Positions 63,861 through 64,000 of a stretch of 64,000 bases of DNA are shown here, piece after piece. The notes beneath the pieces are model-generated. The model saw nothing but the letters and a program-made list of their open reading frames with translations, did no database searches and was not told the origin of the DNA. How positions within the stretch are numbered: the stretch's first letter is position 1; each line of letters begins with the position of its first letter. A program made the translations under genes and the position numbers. The DNA is from Haliotis rubra (taxonomy: Eukaryota): NCBI RefSeq assembly GCF_003918875.1, contig NW_025766981.1, forward strand, positions 496,001-560,000, given 5' to 3'.

Positions 63861-64000
63861 GGAGGTAGATCGATTCGCTTTGCTTTGGAAACAATTTGTC
63901 AATAAACGTACAGGAAGAAAGGTCACTAGACCTATTTTAGTATGAGCGTGCAAAGAAAAGTCTAAATGACTGTGTTTGGTTTTACGCCGCTTTTAGCAAT

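Overview
Eukaryotic (animal) genomic DNA, most likely a mollusc such as a gastropod; this is inferred from the SINE families and cannot be proven here. The window holds a tandem array of six SLC46 (PCFT/HCP1-like, MFS) transporter genes in orientation -,-,-,+,-,+. Five could be assembled into complete spliced ORFs (464-498 aa) sharing the same 84-nt and 157-nt internal exons; the first runs off the window start. Intergenic and intronic DNA is dense in three SINE families, Tc1/mariner relics, MITE/foldback elements, minisatellites, a ~1.95-kb tandem duplication and a 298-N gap. Intron 2 of the sixth gene carries an antisense ~9.3-kb Ty3/gypsy element with gag, pol (PR-RT-RH-IN plus a chromodomain) and an env-like class I fusion gene. 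Most striking: (i) its single LTR contains a predicted 550-nt intron bounded by a perfect 42-bp direct repeat that starts exactly at the predicted transcription start and ends exactly at the splice donor, with the poly(A) signal inside the intron, suggesting a spliced, self-regenerating LTR; (ii) gag and pol are joined by an in-frame UAG with an MuLV-like readthrough context; (iii) chromodomain integrase and env occur together. Repeat boundaries are read by eye and may be off by a few bases.
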